From Salpingoeca rosetta (lineage: Eukaryota; Protista; Choanoflagellata), in NCBI GenBank assembly GCA_033442325.1, contig JAWQFM010000023.1, positions 1,149,908 through 1,213,907 on the forward strand: DNA of 64,000 bases, written 5' to 3'. How positions within the stretch are numbered: the stretch's first letter is position 1; the number at the start of each line of letters is the position of its first letter. Below, one piece after another: positions 52,730-64,000 of this stretch. The position numbers and the translations under genes were made by a program. Under the pieces are notes generated by a model. That model searched no databases and had not been told where the DNA came from. It saw only the letters and a program-made list of their open reading frames with translations.

Positions 52730-55700
52730 TGTCGTTGTCGCTCATCGCAGCAGCTGCTGCTGCCAGCGGTGGCACCAACAACAGCCAGTACACGCGTGCC
52801 CACCAGAAGCACAGTGCCCACTTCCTTGCTGTTGCTGGAACTAGTGAGGAATGCAAACACAATCACCACCACCACCACCACCACCACATCAGCTGTCGTT
52901 GCTGTTGCAATGGCGTGCACCACCACCACACCACCACTGCTGCTGACGTCTCTCCCAACAACACCATGGTGGTCCAAGAGCCAACAGCATCCGATGCCTT
53001 GAGCTCGTTGCTGTCGTTGTCAGTGGTGGGTGGTGGCAGCAGTGCTGGGATGATGATGAAGATGTGGGAGGTGAAGGTGGCATGTGCTGGCAGCACTCGA
53101 TCACAACAGGTGCAATGATCGTGGCTGCTGTGGATGTCCTGGTGGGGCAATGCGGCGTCCACGAGAACTGGCAAGCGCGCGTGCGTGCGTGTGAGGCCCC
53201 CAGCAGTTGCTGTGTGTGATGGGTCGAATCGCGTGTGCACGCGTGCAATCAAAGGGACGAATTGTCCAGGAACGCGTCGGCCTCGCACGGCGATGCGGTG
53301 GAGCCCATGACGGTGACGTCGCCAGAGACGGATCGGCTGAAGAGGAGCGCGTAAAGCCCTCGTTGAGGGAGGCGACGGTGGCGATGATGGACCCCTGGCG
53401 CAGGTCGATGCGCACAATCAATCTGCGACGCGTCCTGCGTCGTGTTGATGGACTGCACCAGTGCGACCTCAAACGCCTCGCGACCCGACTGCGTGCCGAC
53501 AAGGGCGTTGAACTTGGCATCAAAGATGAGCGAGACAGAGTACGCGGGTACACACGCACGGTAGGAGCACTTCAAACTGTTCCGCTGATGGTGGCGCAGG
53601 GGCGGTCCGTCGTGGCCGTGGGCGCCGACACCTCGTACTCCGTATCCTGGCACGAGTGCGCACGCGCTGGCACTCGCGGGCGTTGACCAGCGACGGCGAA
53701 ACGAGCTCGTACATTGTTTGACAGGCACTGCGTCCACAGTGAGCAGATGCCTGTAGTTCTGCGTGGGCGTGAGCGGGCGCGAGATGAACGTGGTGTTGTT
53801 GGGGCACGTGCGGCCCATCTGGCACTCGCGGTCCGTGCTGATGGTGGGTGCGGCTGTCTCAAACGAGCGAGGTTCGCAGGGCGAGACACGCGCGTGCAGA
53901 AGTCCGTGTTGCTGTCGCGGTAGAACAGGGCCTCGATGCAGCGGCGGTACTGGCGGTCCGTGAAGATGGTGGGGCGCATGGGAGGGCGCACCACTTCCTC
54001 GTAGTCGAGGTCGCACTCCGTCACAGGTGTGCAATCACGCTGGCCAGAGAGCGCGGCAAAGTCCACGCCAACCTGGCACGGCGTGCACGGTATGTGCTGG
54101 CGTTGCAGTCCAGGTCGGCGGTGCCGGCCGGGCATAGGAACTGCTCGCAGGAGCCGATGGAGCCCGCCGGCACATAGTGGCCGTAGGGCCACGGCTGGCA
54201 GGCAGTGAGCGGGTTGCGGTCGTGGTCGGTGCTGCCGATGGGGCACGGCTCGCACTTGGCATCGGAGGTTGAGGTGGGCGCACGCATGCGCTGCTCGCCA
54301 GGGTCGCACTTGGCGATGAGGTGGCACAGGCGGTGCGCTCGTACTCCGTCGACGGGTTGCACTGGGTCAGGTCGCGGCAGTTGTGGTCCGTGGTAGGCGT
54401 GGGGGCGGGGAACAGCTCAAACTCGAGAACTGGTCCTGGTCGCACACGTCGAGCGTCGTGCACCCCGTGTCGTCGCTGGTGGCGGTGCATGGCGCGCTGC
54501 GGTACTGCTCATCAGAGCATGTGCTGCACTGCTGGCGCGACACGTCGTTCTCCGAGTCGCAGGCGCGCAGGATGTATGTGTTTGGCGGGCACGCTGAGCA
54601 GCCGGCGCACTGCACGTCCTCCAGCGCAGAGCAGGCGTGAATCTCGTAGCGGCCGCTTGGGCACTCGGAGCACTCCAGCGTACTCGCGGTCAGAGTCGAG
54701 CGTGGGCACCTGGCTCTGGAAGGTGCCAAACTCGCACTCGCTCACGGCCGTGCGTGGAAATGTACACCCAGGCAGTGCAACGCGTCACGCCCACGCACGT
54801 GTCCTGGACGTACTTGCGGCAGGGGCGGTCGTGCTGGCGTGTGGGTTCACAAAGCGAATATCTCTTCCTCATCTGGACCGCACTGCGTGACGGGGCGGCA
54901 TGACTCGGCCTGGCCGTCGACGGGCTTGAAGGTGGCATCAAGCTCACACTGGCTGCGCACGCGGTCGCTCGTTGGGGTGGACTCGGCCGTCTCCTCCTCG
55001 CCGGCATCGCACGTGGTGACGGGGAGGCAGGGCACGCCCTGGCTGGCCAGAGACAGCCTTGTACGTGCCCTCCGGGCACTCGTCGCAGACACGGTCGCTG
55101 ATGAGGAGTGTCATGGCCTGCACCTCCTCAAACCCCGGGCGCGCACTCCGTGACGTCCTTGCACGTGGTGGCAGGGTCGCTGTCGTGGTGGTGGGAGCCG
55201 GTGCGGCAGGTGAAGCTGGAGCAGGAGCTGTGGGAGCCCACCTCCGTGTACTGGCCGGTGGGGCACATGTGTCAACCCGTGGAGCCGTCACTGTCCGAGT
55301 CGATGGCGCCGGCCGGGCAGTCGCGGCGCACGCGGTCCGAGGAGTAGTGGGTTGGCGCGGAGATCTCCTCCTGGCCGCGCTCGCACTCCTCAACGGGCCC
55401 GCACTTGCTGCCGCCAATGGATGCGGAGAACTCCGTCACGCCGTCGCATGGTCGACAGTCGGCCGAGTCGGCGTCGTAGACAAGGATGAAGCCTGCGCTG
55501 CACTCGCACGTGTCTGTGCAGCCTGTGCAGGAGCGGCGTGCCTCGTCGGCATCCATCTGGCAAATGGTGTCGCGGATGCCATCCTCGCCTGGTTGGAGCA
55601 GCACGTCAAGCACGACGTCGAGCTGCTCGTCCGTGGGGTCGGCGCACACCATCTCCTCAAACAGCTGCGTGATGAGCTTGTTGCAGGTGAGTGTGTCGCA

Positions 55701-56213
55701 GGAGCACAGGCAGTCTGTGGTGAGCGTGGGCGGGATGGTCTCGATGAAGGGCTCCTCGCACGCACTGGTGGGTAAGCACGAGGCGCGGTCCGGCAGAGGT
55801 TGGTACTCCATGCCAAAGGGTGCAGCTCACGCATGCACGGTCGCGCACGGCGTTGCCAGAGACAGACTCCTTCTGGCCCGGCTTGCACTCGGTCCAGGGG
55901 GAGCAGACGGCGTCGGAGGACGCGGAGCATGGGGTGGAGGCCCAGGTACCCATGCCGCACGTGGTGCATGGCACGCAGCGGTGGTCCTTGGCGTAGTAGT
56001 TGAGAGGGCAATGGGCAATGCACGACTGTTAAGGTTGCCGTCACACAGGAGGCAGTCGGTGGCGTCTGGTGGGGTGACACTTGGCGCACGCGTGAAGTGG
56101 TACTCAGCACACGCGTTGCCGAGCTCATGCCCGCCGTCGGGGCACTCGCTGATGCAGCGGCCGTTATTGGAGGTGAGGGTTGCGTCCGCAGGCCGTGCAC
56201 TCATCGATGCCTG
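52730..56213 (-). pseudogene. Frameshifted pseudogene of a large Cys-rich (TNFR/GCC2-like repeat) cell-surface protein
   Basis: Repeats such as CRPVTQCGPDEEE, PTSTSDAKC, PTLTTDCLC and APTATTDRPC are scattered over all three minus frames with many frameshifts and lost Cys. A GSII-like segment and a TM remnant lie near 53400-52760. Confidence 0.75.
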
Positions 56214-56352
56214 GTGAGGAAGAGTGTGGGAATGGAGGGGAGGATGGGAGGATGGGGTGAGAGGCAATGGCAACACTGTTGTGAGGTGTTGAGGAACCGT
56301 GCACCGCTTCATCTTCTCAAGGACACAAAACTCAAAAGAGACTTTGAGGACA

Positions 56353-56436
<84 letters not shown>

Positions 56437-56454
56437 GCCAGCACAAGTCAACGT

Positions 56455-57004
56455 ACCATTGGCTCGTGATGAAGCGATCTTTCATCCACCGCACGGCGTT
56501 GTTCACCGTGTTGATTGTCATGCGGTTGTGCTGCACAGCCTGCTCCAAGTAGCCGTTTGTGGTGCAGTATGTCTCTTTGAGCTCCGTATCAGAGCCACCG
56601 TTCAGCGTCTTCGCGACGGCATCGACGGGAGTCGTGGGCGTACTTGTTGGCGTTGGCCATGTTTGCGAATCGCACCGCAGTCTGTTCCAATCATCACCAT
56701 GTCACGCTTCCACTGTCTGCGCACGACGTCGTTGAGCAGCTTGTTGTGTGCACACGGAGAGGGCACGCCGTTGATGCTGGCGTTCGAACACATGGCAGCG
56801 AGCGCCTTTGCTTGCACTGCATATGAGACACATGGCAGAGGGGAGCGGGATGAACATAAGGAAGTGGGAGGTGAGGGGATGTGGCAGGTCTGGTGGCGTG
56901 GACGAACTCACAAGAAATGTTGATGGGAGGTACACGAGCCGACACACAGACACAGACACACAGACACACACACACACAGACACAGACACACACACACACA
57001 CACA

Positions 57005-57065
<61 letters not shown>

Positions 57066-57719
57066 CTCGGTGTCCCAGAGGTCAAACGTGGAGATGTTCC
57101 CGTTGAATGCCATGTGGCTTGTCTCGACCGAGTACGCGTCAATGTGCCTGAGACCTAAATGCGATGGAGCGGTGACAGCAGTGTGAATGACACGACCGCC
57201 ATCAAGTGTGCAAATGAAACAGCGTCGCTGACACGGTTGTGGGCGTTTGCATACACGCATATGTGGAGTTGGATGCGTGTGCGTACCTGCTGCCATTTTT
57301 CTTCGTACTTCTTGTCTGGACCGTCATGGCAGCCCGTCACGTCAGCAGCATTCTCGCCGCTCAAGAAGGAGTCCTAGAGGTTGAGAGGGGTGCAGTGAAG
57401 GCGAGGAGGTGGGTCTGCAAAGTGAGTGAGTGGTTGAGTGAGTGGGTGAGTGTGAAGGGGATTGGGGGCATGCGTGTAACAGTGGTGGAATGATCGCATG
57501 GGTGTGGTGTGCACCAGCATCAGCAACACGTGATGAAGGGGGCACCTGCGAGTACGATCTTCTTCAAGACGCCGCCGCTTCTGTGCCAGTTGAGATTGTT
57601 GAAGGCGCGTATCTCCGTGGATATGACCTGGAAGCAAAGGACCGGTGGTGGTGGGACGAGGAGGGAGGGAATGAATGACCGGAGCTTTGATCAAGGAGAA
57701 GCCGATAGAGCAGGCGTAG

Positions 57720-57813
<94 letters not shown>

Positions 57814-58965
57814 GGTTGAAGGCTGCGGCAAGACCTGTGGGGCCAATGAAGGTTGTGGCACACATGTCCTGGCTGATGATGCACGCAAAGGCAACGGCCG
57901 TGTTCGTCTCCACCAGATACAGATACGGCGGGATATCAAGCCTGCATCCATGCACACACACATGTGCGAGCATGAAGAGGGAGGTGGTGTTGCTGTGTGA
58001 GCAGTGGTGGTGGCGGTTGATGTGGTTGTGGCACGAAGAAGCGGGGAGGGAAACACAAGCAGGGAGAGTCACAAGTCACTGCGTGGGTGCTGAATGTCCT
58101 TTCCCACCTCTTGACGCCCGTAGTTGAGGAAGGCGCATGGGCTGGTGACGGGATCAGGGCCAATGAGACCGGCCTTCTCCTGAAGACTGAGGCGTCCAAT
58201 GAGGTCGTCGAGGCGCGCACCGATGGACAGACTCGTGTTGCAGAACGGCAACTCCTTTGTCGCTGCAGACAGGCACGCATGGGCCTGACGAGGCAAGGTG
58301 CAACAGCAGTCACGTATGAGCTGAGTGTGTGTGGATGTGTGTGTGGATGTGTGTGCATGTGTGTGTGTTGGGATCACCTGTGGGAACGGGTTTGCCGGAA
58401 CAGGTTGCCGGGATTGATGTTCATGCNNNNNNNNNNNNNNNNNNNNNNNNNNNNNNNNNNNNNNNNNNNNNNNNNNNNNNNNNNNNNNNNNNNNNNNNNN
58501 NNNNNNNNNNNNNNNNNNNNNNNNNNACACACACACACATGCACACACACACACACACACACCGCTGGGACTGCGCGGTGGAATTCAGCTTGGGTGTTCG
58601 CAGAAGAAGCATTGGTAGCCGTACTCAACGGCGCTTGAGGGGAAACGTTCTTGAAGGTGTAGCAGAGCGTGGCACACGCCTCACGCGTTACGGACGTCTG
58701 CGCCATGTTGCCAGCAAACGCAAACGTCCGATTGTCAGCGCGGTGTGTGCGAGTGTGCGTGTGTGTGGGGGGGGGAGAGGTGTTGGTAGATGAGAGCAGC
58801 GATAGGACGAGGGGATGCGCACGTAAGCCGCTTCAAACACACACACACACACACACACACTCACACCTTGATCTTGGAGGTTGGTGCATTGGACTTGAGC
58901 TTGGACGACGCACACAGCGCACTGCCACCAACCCACAGCAGCGCTGTCACTGCCGTTGCACGCAT
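56455..58965 (-). pseudogene. Degenerate, 3'-truncated glycoside hydrolase family 3 (beta-xylosidase-like) gene
   Basis: LPFCNTSLSIGARLDDLIGRLSLQEK, ATTFIGPTGLAAAFNR, LRHIDAYSVE and MCSNASINGVP...LLNDVVRRQW...GTDCGAI (nucleophile Asp motif). Conserved motifs are eroded, frames shift, and no C-terminal domains follow. Confidence 0.8.
58427..58526. other. Assembly gap (100 N)
   Basis: Run of N. Confidence 0.99.
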
Positions 58966-59249
58966 TCTTGTCTTCTTGTCTTCTTCCCCAAAAAAAAAAA
59001 CAAACACAAACAGAATTGTGCCGAGTCAGCACTTTCTGCTTTGTTGTTGAAAGGGTTCGCTGCTGTGAGATGGAAGGCAGACGCACAAGCACGCACAGAC
59101 ACGCACATGCACGCACACGGCAGGGGGAAACGGCTTGACAAGGAGCAGTGCTCTGCGTGGAGGAACGAAAGGGAAGGGGGTATCAACTGCTGTGCTGCTT
59201 ACAACCGGGACAAAGGCACGACAAGTGCATGGCAAGCAAGCCAGCCAGG

Positions 59250-59927
59250 CAGTGAACAACCACAAACAAGTCTCCTTCTTGGCTCGTTGCATACATGTGT
59301 GACAAGCCACAAAACACTGTCAGTCAGCCCACCGTCTGGCAACAGCATCCAAGATGTACTCGGCAAGGGCACTGGCAACTGCTATTGGGGGTTGGTGGCG
59401 TCGTCGCCAGCAACGGCCTCATCCACGGCATCCCTCCCTTTGATGCAACTCCCACCACCTCTGTGCTCATCATCAGCCCATCATCAACAACAGCAGCAGC
59501 AGTGACAGCAGCAGTGACAGCAGCAGTGGATGACACGACCACCATCAACAGTCTGCAAGCCATGTGGGCACTGCAGGCGGCGTGTGCTGTGGCTCGCAAC
59601 ACCCTCGTCTATGGGCGTGACCATTGATCGCAGCACGAGCACAGCAGACACAAGCACGCTTGGTGGGCTGCTACACGGCGGATGCAAGTGGATCAGCGGC
59701 GTGGCTGCGGACAATGGCGTTTTTCCTGCCACGGCATTCCATGCAACTCGCCATCCATCCTCATCCTGCGACGGCATTCCATGCAACTCGCCATCCATCC
59801 TCATCGTCGATGCAGCCGCAAGTGCGGTGGGCGCAGCCGTGCTGTCTGTTCCAGAAGTGGTATGGAAGTGTGTGGTGGCTGGCAACGGCTTGCTGCATGG
59901 CATGTCCAGGCTCGTCCATCACCTCTT

Positions 59928-59930
<3 letters not shown>
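59250..59930 (+). pseudogene. Decayed paralog of the 30172-31515 repeat gene
   Basis: GVGGVVASNGLIHGIP..TSVLIISP, TADTSTLGGL..CKWISGVAADNG and VVAGNGLLHGM occur in shifting frames. A 40-bp tandem duplication lies at 59731-59805. Confidence 0.8.
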
Positions 59931-59973
<43 letters not shown>

Positions 59974-60681
59974 TGGAATAGAAGTGAATATGGGGTTGGC
60001 ACGCACCATGTGCGACTGCTGATGCTTACACGCTTCACCAATCCTGTCTGGTCCATCTCATCACACCACTTCAGTGAATTCCACCACCATGACCGCCTCG
60101 ATGTGTCCATGCCACTCTTCTCTACGGTGACATCCATTCACACCGGAGCAGCGACGCGTTCCACCCGCACAAGCAGGCAATACCTCGTCAGCTTCAGGTG
60201 TGTGCATGCATGTGTGTTGTGACGTGGTGCGATGTGGGGTTCGATGTTCACTGCTGCTGCTGCTGGGTTTTGAGGGGTTGGTGTCGCTCACTGCACCACC
60301 ACTCGCCCTTCTTGTGCCACTGCAATCTCATTCCAAACCTGCTGTGATGCCACTGCTTGACATGTGTCTTCTTTCCCTGTTGTGCAGGGGCACTAAGTCT
60401 GCTCGTTCTTGATGCCATGCGCAACCACCTCCCCAAGCTGCAACACGGCAGGTGTGTTGTGCTACGCGTGTAATGTGTTGTGTGTTACTGTGTTCCGTGT
60501 GTGTCTCGTGCGTTGCCTCGGAGTCAACTGGTATTGATGCTGTGTGCTTGTCGTTCTGGATCCACCTCACACACACGCACACACGCACATATTGTCCCTT
60601 TGTATGTTTGCTTGTGTATGCGCAGGGACACTGTGTTGGTGTGCGCGTGCAGGTGGTTTGGCGAAGAGCGAATGGGCCGTG

Positions 60682-61308
60682 AGGGGAAGGTTTGGATATG
60701 ACCCCTCGTGTAAGCAGGCAGAGGAAGAGTTCAACACGCACACGTACACGCAACTGGCGCTGGAGACCAAGTTTGGGCTCATCGTGGATGGATTTGGCGA
60801 CCACTCCTTCAGGTGTGTGTGTGTGCGTGTGCGTGTGCGTGTGCGTGTGCGTGTGCGTGTGCGTGTGCGTGCGTGTGTGCGTGCGTGTTGCAGACGATTT
60901 CGGTCCTGTTTGTGCTCTTACCCACCTTCCACCTCCCGCCACCCCCTTTCATGCCTCGTTGATCGTGGCTGCGGGTGCCATCCCCGTCATTGTCGTCGAT
61001 CACTACGTGCTGGTGCGTATGGATGAATGACACTTCGTGTGTGTGTGTGTGTGTGCGTGTGTGTGTGTGTGGAGATGTACCCTCCCGTCGCTCAAAAGTG
61101 CTGCGATGTAATGTTCTGGTGTTTGCTTTTTGCATTCTTGCAGCCCTACCAGGGCCTGCTGGACTGGGAGACGTTCAGCATCCGCATTCCCCGAACACAG
61201 GCTCCTCGAGGTGTGGTGACACATCGGTGACATGGGAATGTGAAGCGATGCGTGAGGGGTGATGTGGTTTGAGTGGGGATTGTGGTTGGTGATGGCTTGC
61301 ACATCACG

Positions 61309-61390
<82 letters not shown>

Positions 61391-61714
61391 CTGTGTTCAG
61401 CGTCCGAGGATCCTGCGGTCGATCCCTGAAAAGGTGGTGGAGATGATGCAGAGACGCGTTGTGTTTGTGTTTGAGGAGTTCTTCAAGTCCCTCTCCACCC
61501 AAGTGCACACAGGTGAGGGAGTACGTTGTTGGCACAGGGGGCTGTCGAATGAGTGTGGCGAGTACGGTGTGGTATGTGCGTGGCTTGCTTGTTCTCGTGT
61601 CCATTCAACCACTCTCACCATCTGCCAACTCGTGTGTCATGATTGTGTTGTTTGCTACTGTCAGCGCTGGAGTCTGCCAGGATCAACCTGTTCAGCGGCG
61701 ACAACGCGTGGCAG
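60682..61714 (+). pseudogene. Exostosin-like (GT47) glycosyltransferase C-terminal fragment with a frameshift
   Basis: ETKFGLIVDGFGDHSFR, AAGAIPVIVVDHYVL|PYQGLLDWETFSIRIP and ILRSIPEKVVEMMQRRV. An extra C near 61190 breaks IPEHRLLE. No N-terminal part seen. Confidence 0.7.
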
Positions 61715-61730
61715 GTGAGGGTGTGTGTGT

Positions 61731-61767
<37 letters not shown>

Positions 61768-63696
61768 CTTCTCCACCCATCCACACGCCATCATCACCAC
61801 CTCCTCATTTTCTTGTGTGTTTGCTCACATCCTTCCCTTCCCACCCTCAACACCACAATCACCTTCCACACATGCTCGTTTCCCCTTCCTTCCTTTCTGC
61901 TGTCGCCACACAGAGGGCCCTTGAACCAGCAGCTGTCACCCCCTCCCCCTCCACCAACCACCACCACTGCTCTGGTGGGATGAACAGACGGGCGCTGCCA
62001 TGTGATGACCATTCAGCCATGCTTGTGCGGCTGCGGAAGCAGCAACACCAACTCACACCACACCACCCCACAAAGCAAGCGAGCCATGAGCAACGTGAGT
62101 GCATCATTGCATGTGTGCGTGCTGCGCACAGCGGCAGCGTGCGTATTTTGTGGTCGCTGTCTCTGCTGCTCCTGTCTCCCCTTGTTGTCCCACATCAATG
62201 TGTGCATGTGTGTCGTGTGGCTGCATGTTTTGCCTTGCTTGATGCGCTGTCTCATTCGTCGCTCTCACACACAACCGCCTGCACACCTGTACATTCTCCA
62301 CCTTGCAGCTGCTGCTTATCTTCCCCTCTCTTCCTCGCCCTCCCTCGCGGCCATCACAACAACAACAACAACAACAGCAGCCAACACACCCTCCACCGCC
62401 GATGCAGCAGCAGCAGAGAATGCACCACCACCAGCATCACTTGCAGCTGAACACATTCCCCAGCCAACCAACCCATCGCCCACTGCTGCTGGCTGTTTGC
62501 TGGTGGCAACAGGTGGCGACAGCACAAGCTGCATTTTCGGCTGGAAGCAGCAGCAAGCAGAGGTGAGGGCGAGAAGAAGAGGGGAAGGGAGAGGAGATGC
62601 GTGTTGGCTGGATGGATGGATGGATGGATGGAATGAGGTGGGGTGGGGGATGCTGGGTGTGGTGTGGTGTGGTGTGGCTGGTGACAGAGGATGGTGGTGT
62701 GTGGTGGTGTGAGGAAGAGGGATGGATGGGTGGAATGGGGTGCAGCATGTCTTGTTCCCTTCCCTTTTGTTTTCTGTTTTCTCTCTCTTCCCTTTCTTCT
62801 TCACATACACACGCATGCACACCATCAGCAATGGCAGCAGCAGCAGTGTATCTGCGCACATATCCATGCCTCCTCTTCCCTCCCACTCACTCACCATGCT
62901 GGTGCTCGCACACAACCACACTTGTAGGTGATGTTCTCGCACAAGCAGGATGAGGGAAATGTCGAGGCTACTTGCCACGCGTACCAGGTGCACTTGCCTC
63001 ACACATGGTATGTAGGTGGTGATGGGTGGTTGATTGTGTGTGTGATGGGGTGCGGTGATGGGATGTGGTGAAGCGAACAAGAGGAGGAGGGTTCATGGGG
63101 GATGATGGTCACGCACCGACACACACACATACGCACACATACACACGTACACGTGGTGCGTGTGATGTCACTCACTTCTTCTGCTCTGCTGTCATGATGG
63201 CTTGCTCTGTGCCTGTTGTGTTGTGTTCCCATCCACGTTTCCCTGCACCCATGCACACGCACACACGCATGCACAGGTTGGTGAGGTACTAGCACACATC
63301 AGGATGTTGATGGAAAGTGGGCTAGCATGCCGGCTGCTGCTGCTGCAACTCCCCTGATTTCGGCTGTCGCTTCTTTGCTCACGCAGTGTTCCCATATGCG
63401 TGAGCAAGGTGAGCCCCATCATGGCTGCTTTGGTTGGCACATGTCGCATGTGTTGGTGTTGTTGCTGCTCTGGGTGTGCTTGGTGTTGTCGCTGCTGTGC
63501 CTCGTGCACCAGTGTAGTTGTGCAGCTCACATGCGATATGTGTATGCTTGTGGCTGCAAGGGGGGCGACTGTGTGAGGATCGTTGGAGGATGATGATGGG
63601 CGGTGCACACACGATGGATCGGGAGGAGCAGCTGTGTGGACACACACGTCCATGGTCATGGCGGGCACATCCACCCACAGCGACGCAATCATGTGC

Positions 63697-63805
<109 letters not shown>

Positions 63806-64000
63806 CGAGGATGAGGGAGGGCAGAGGAGGGGCAGGAAGGTGAACACGCCTGCTGTGCTCACATGCCATGCCTGTGCCTTGTGTGTGTTGATGTTGTTGT
63901 GTCTTGTCGTTGTGTGTTGGTTGCATGCGCACCAGTGCCACATCAGAGGAGGGGGAAGAAGCCGCCATGAACGACCCCATCATCATCAACTTCCCCATTT

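Noticed and set aside
59731-59805. Two ~35-bp direct repeats, superficially CRISPR-like
   Set aside because: Only two copies with a 5-bp gap inside a pseudogene, in a eukaryotic context with no cas genes.

Overview
Eukaryotic, intron-rich genomic DNA with (CA)n/(GT)n microsatellites in most introns and two 100-N gaps. The style and gene families suggest a choanoflagellate, probably Salpingoeca rosetta (inference). Exon structures were assembled by hand from the ORF track and GT-AG sites. Left to right: (1) an FN3 receptor tyrosine kinase (+); (2-3) a head-to-head pair of paralogous dermatopontin-domain/Sushi genes, one secreted with a C-terminal NHL propeller (-) and one a very large type I membrane protein with EGF, mucin-like, PAN-like, a bacterial-like core, SEA-like, polybasic-site and PDZ-motif segments (+); (4) an intronless secreted repeat (beta-propeller-like) gene; (5) argininosuccinate lyase cut by a gap; (6) an AK8-like gene missing its middle; (7) a PRR11-like gene; (8) a PAQR3-like gene; (9) a TIR-like/TPR/CaaX gene with an in-frame stop, convergent with (10) an LRR-ANK-ROC-COR-TIR-SAM ROCO gene. 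The last ~13 kb hold decayed fragments of four unrelated families: Cys-rich receptor, GH3, propeller repeat and exostosin. The best candidates for undescribed biology are the dermatopontin gene pair, the adjacent pair of TIR-fold genes, and the GT-5'/CA-3' polarity of intronic microsatellites.
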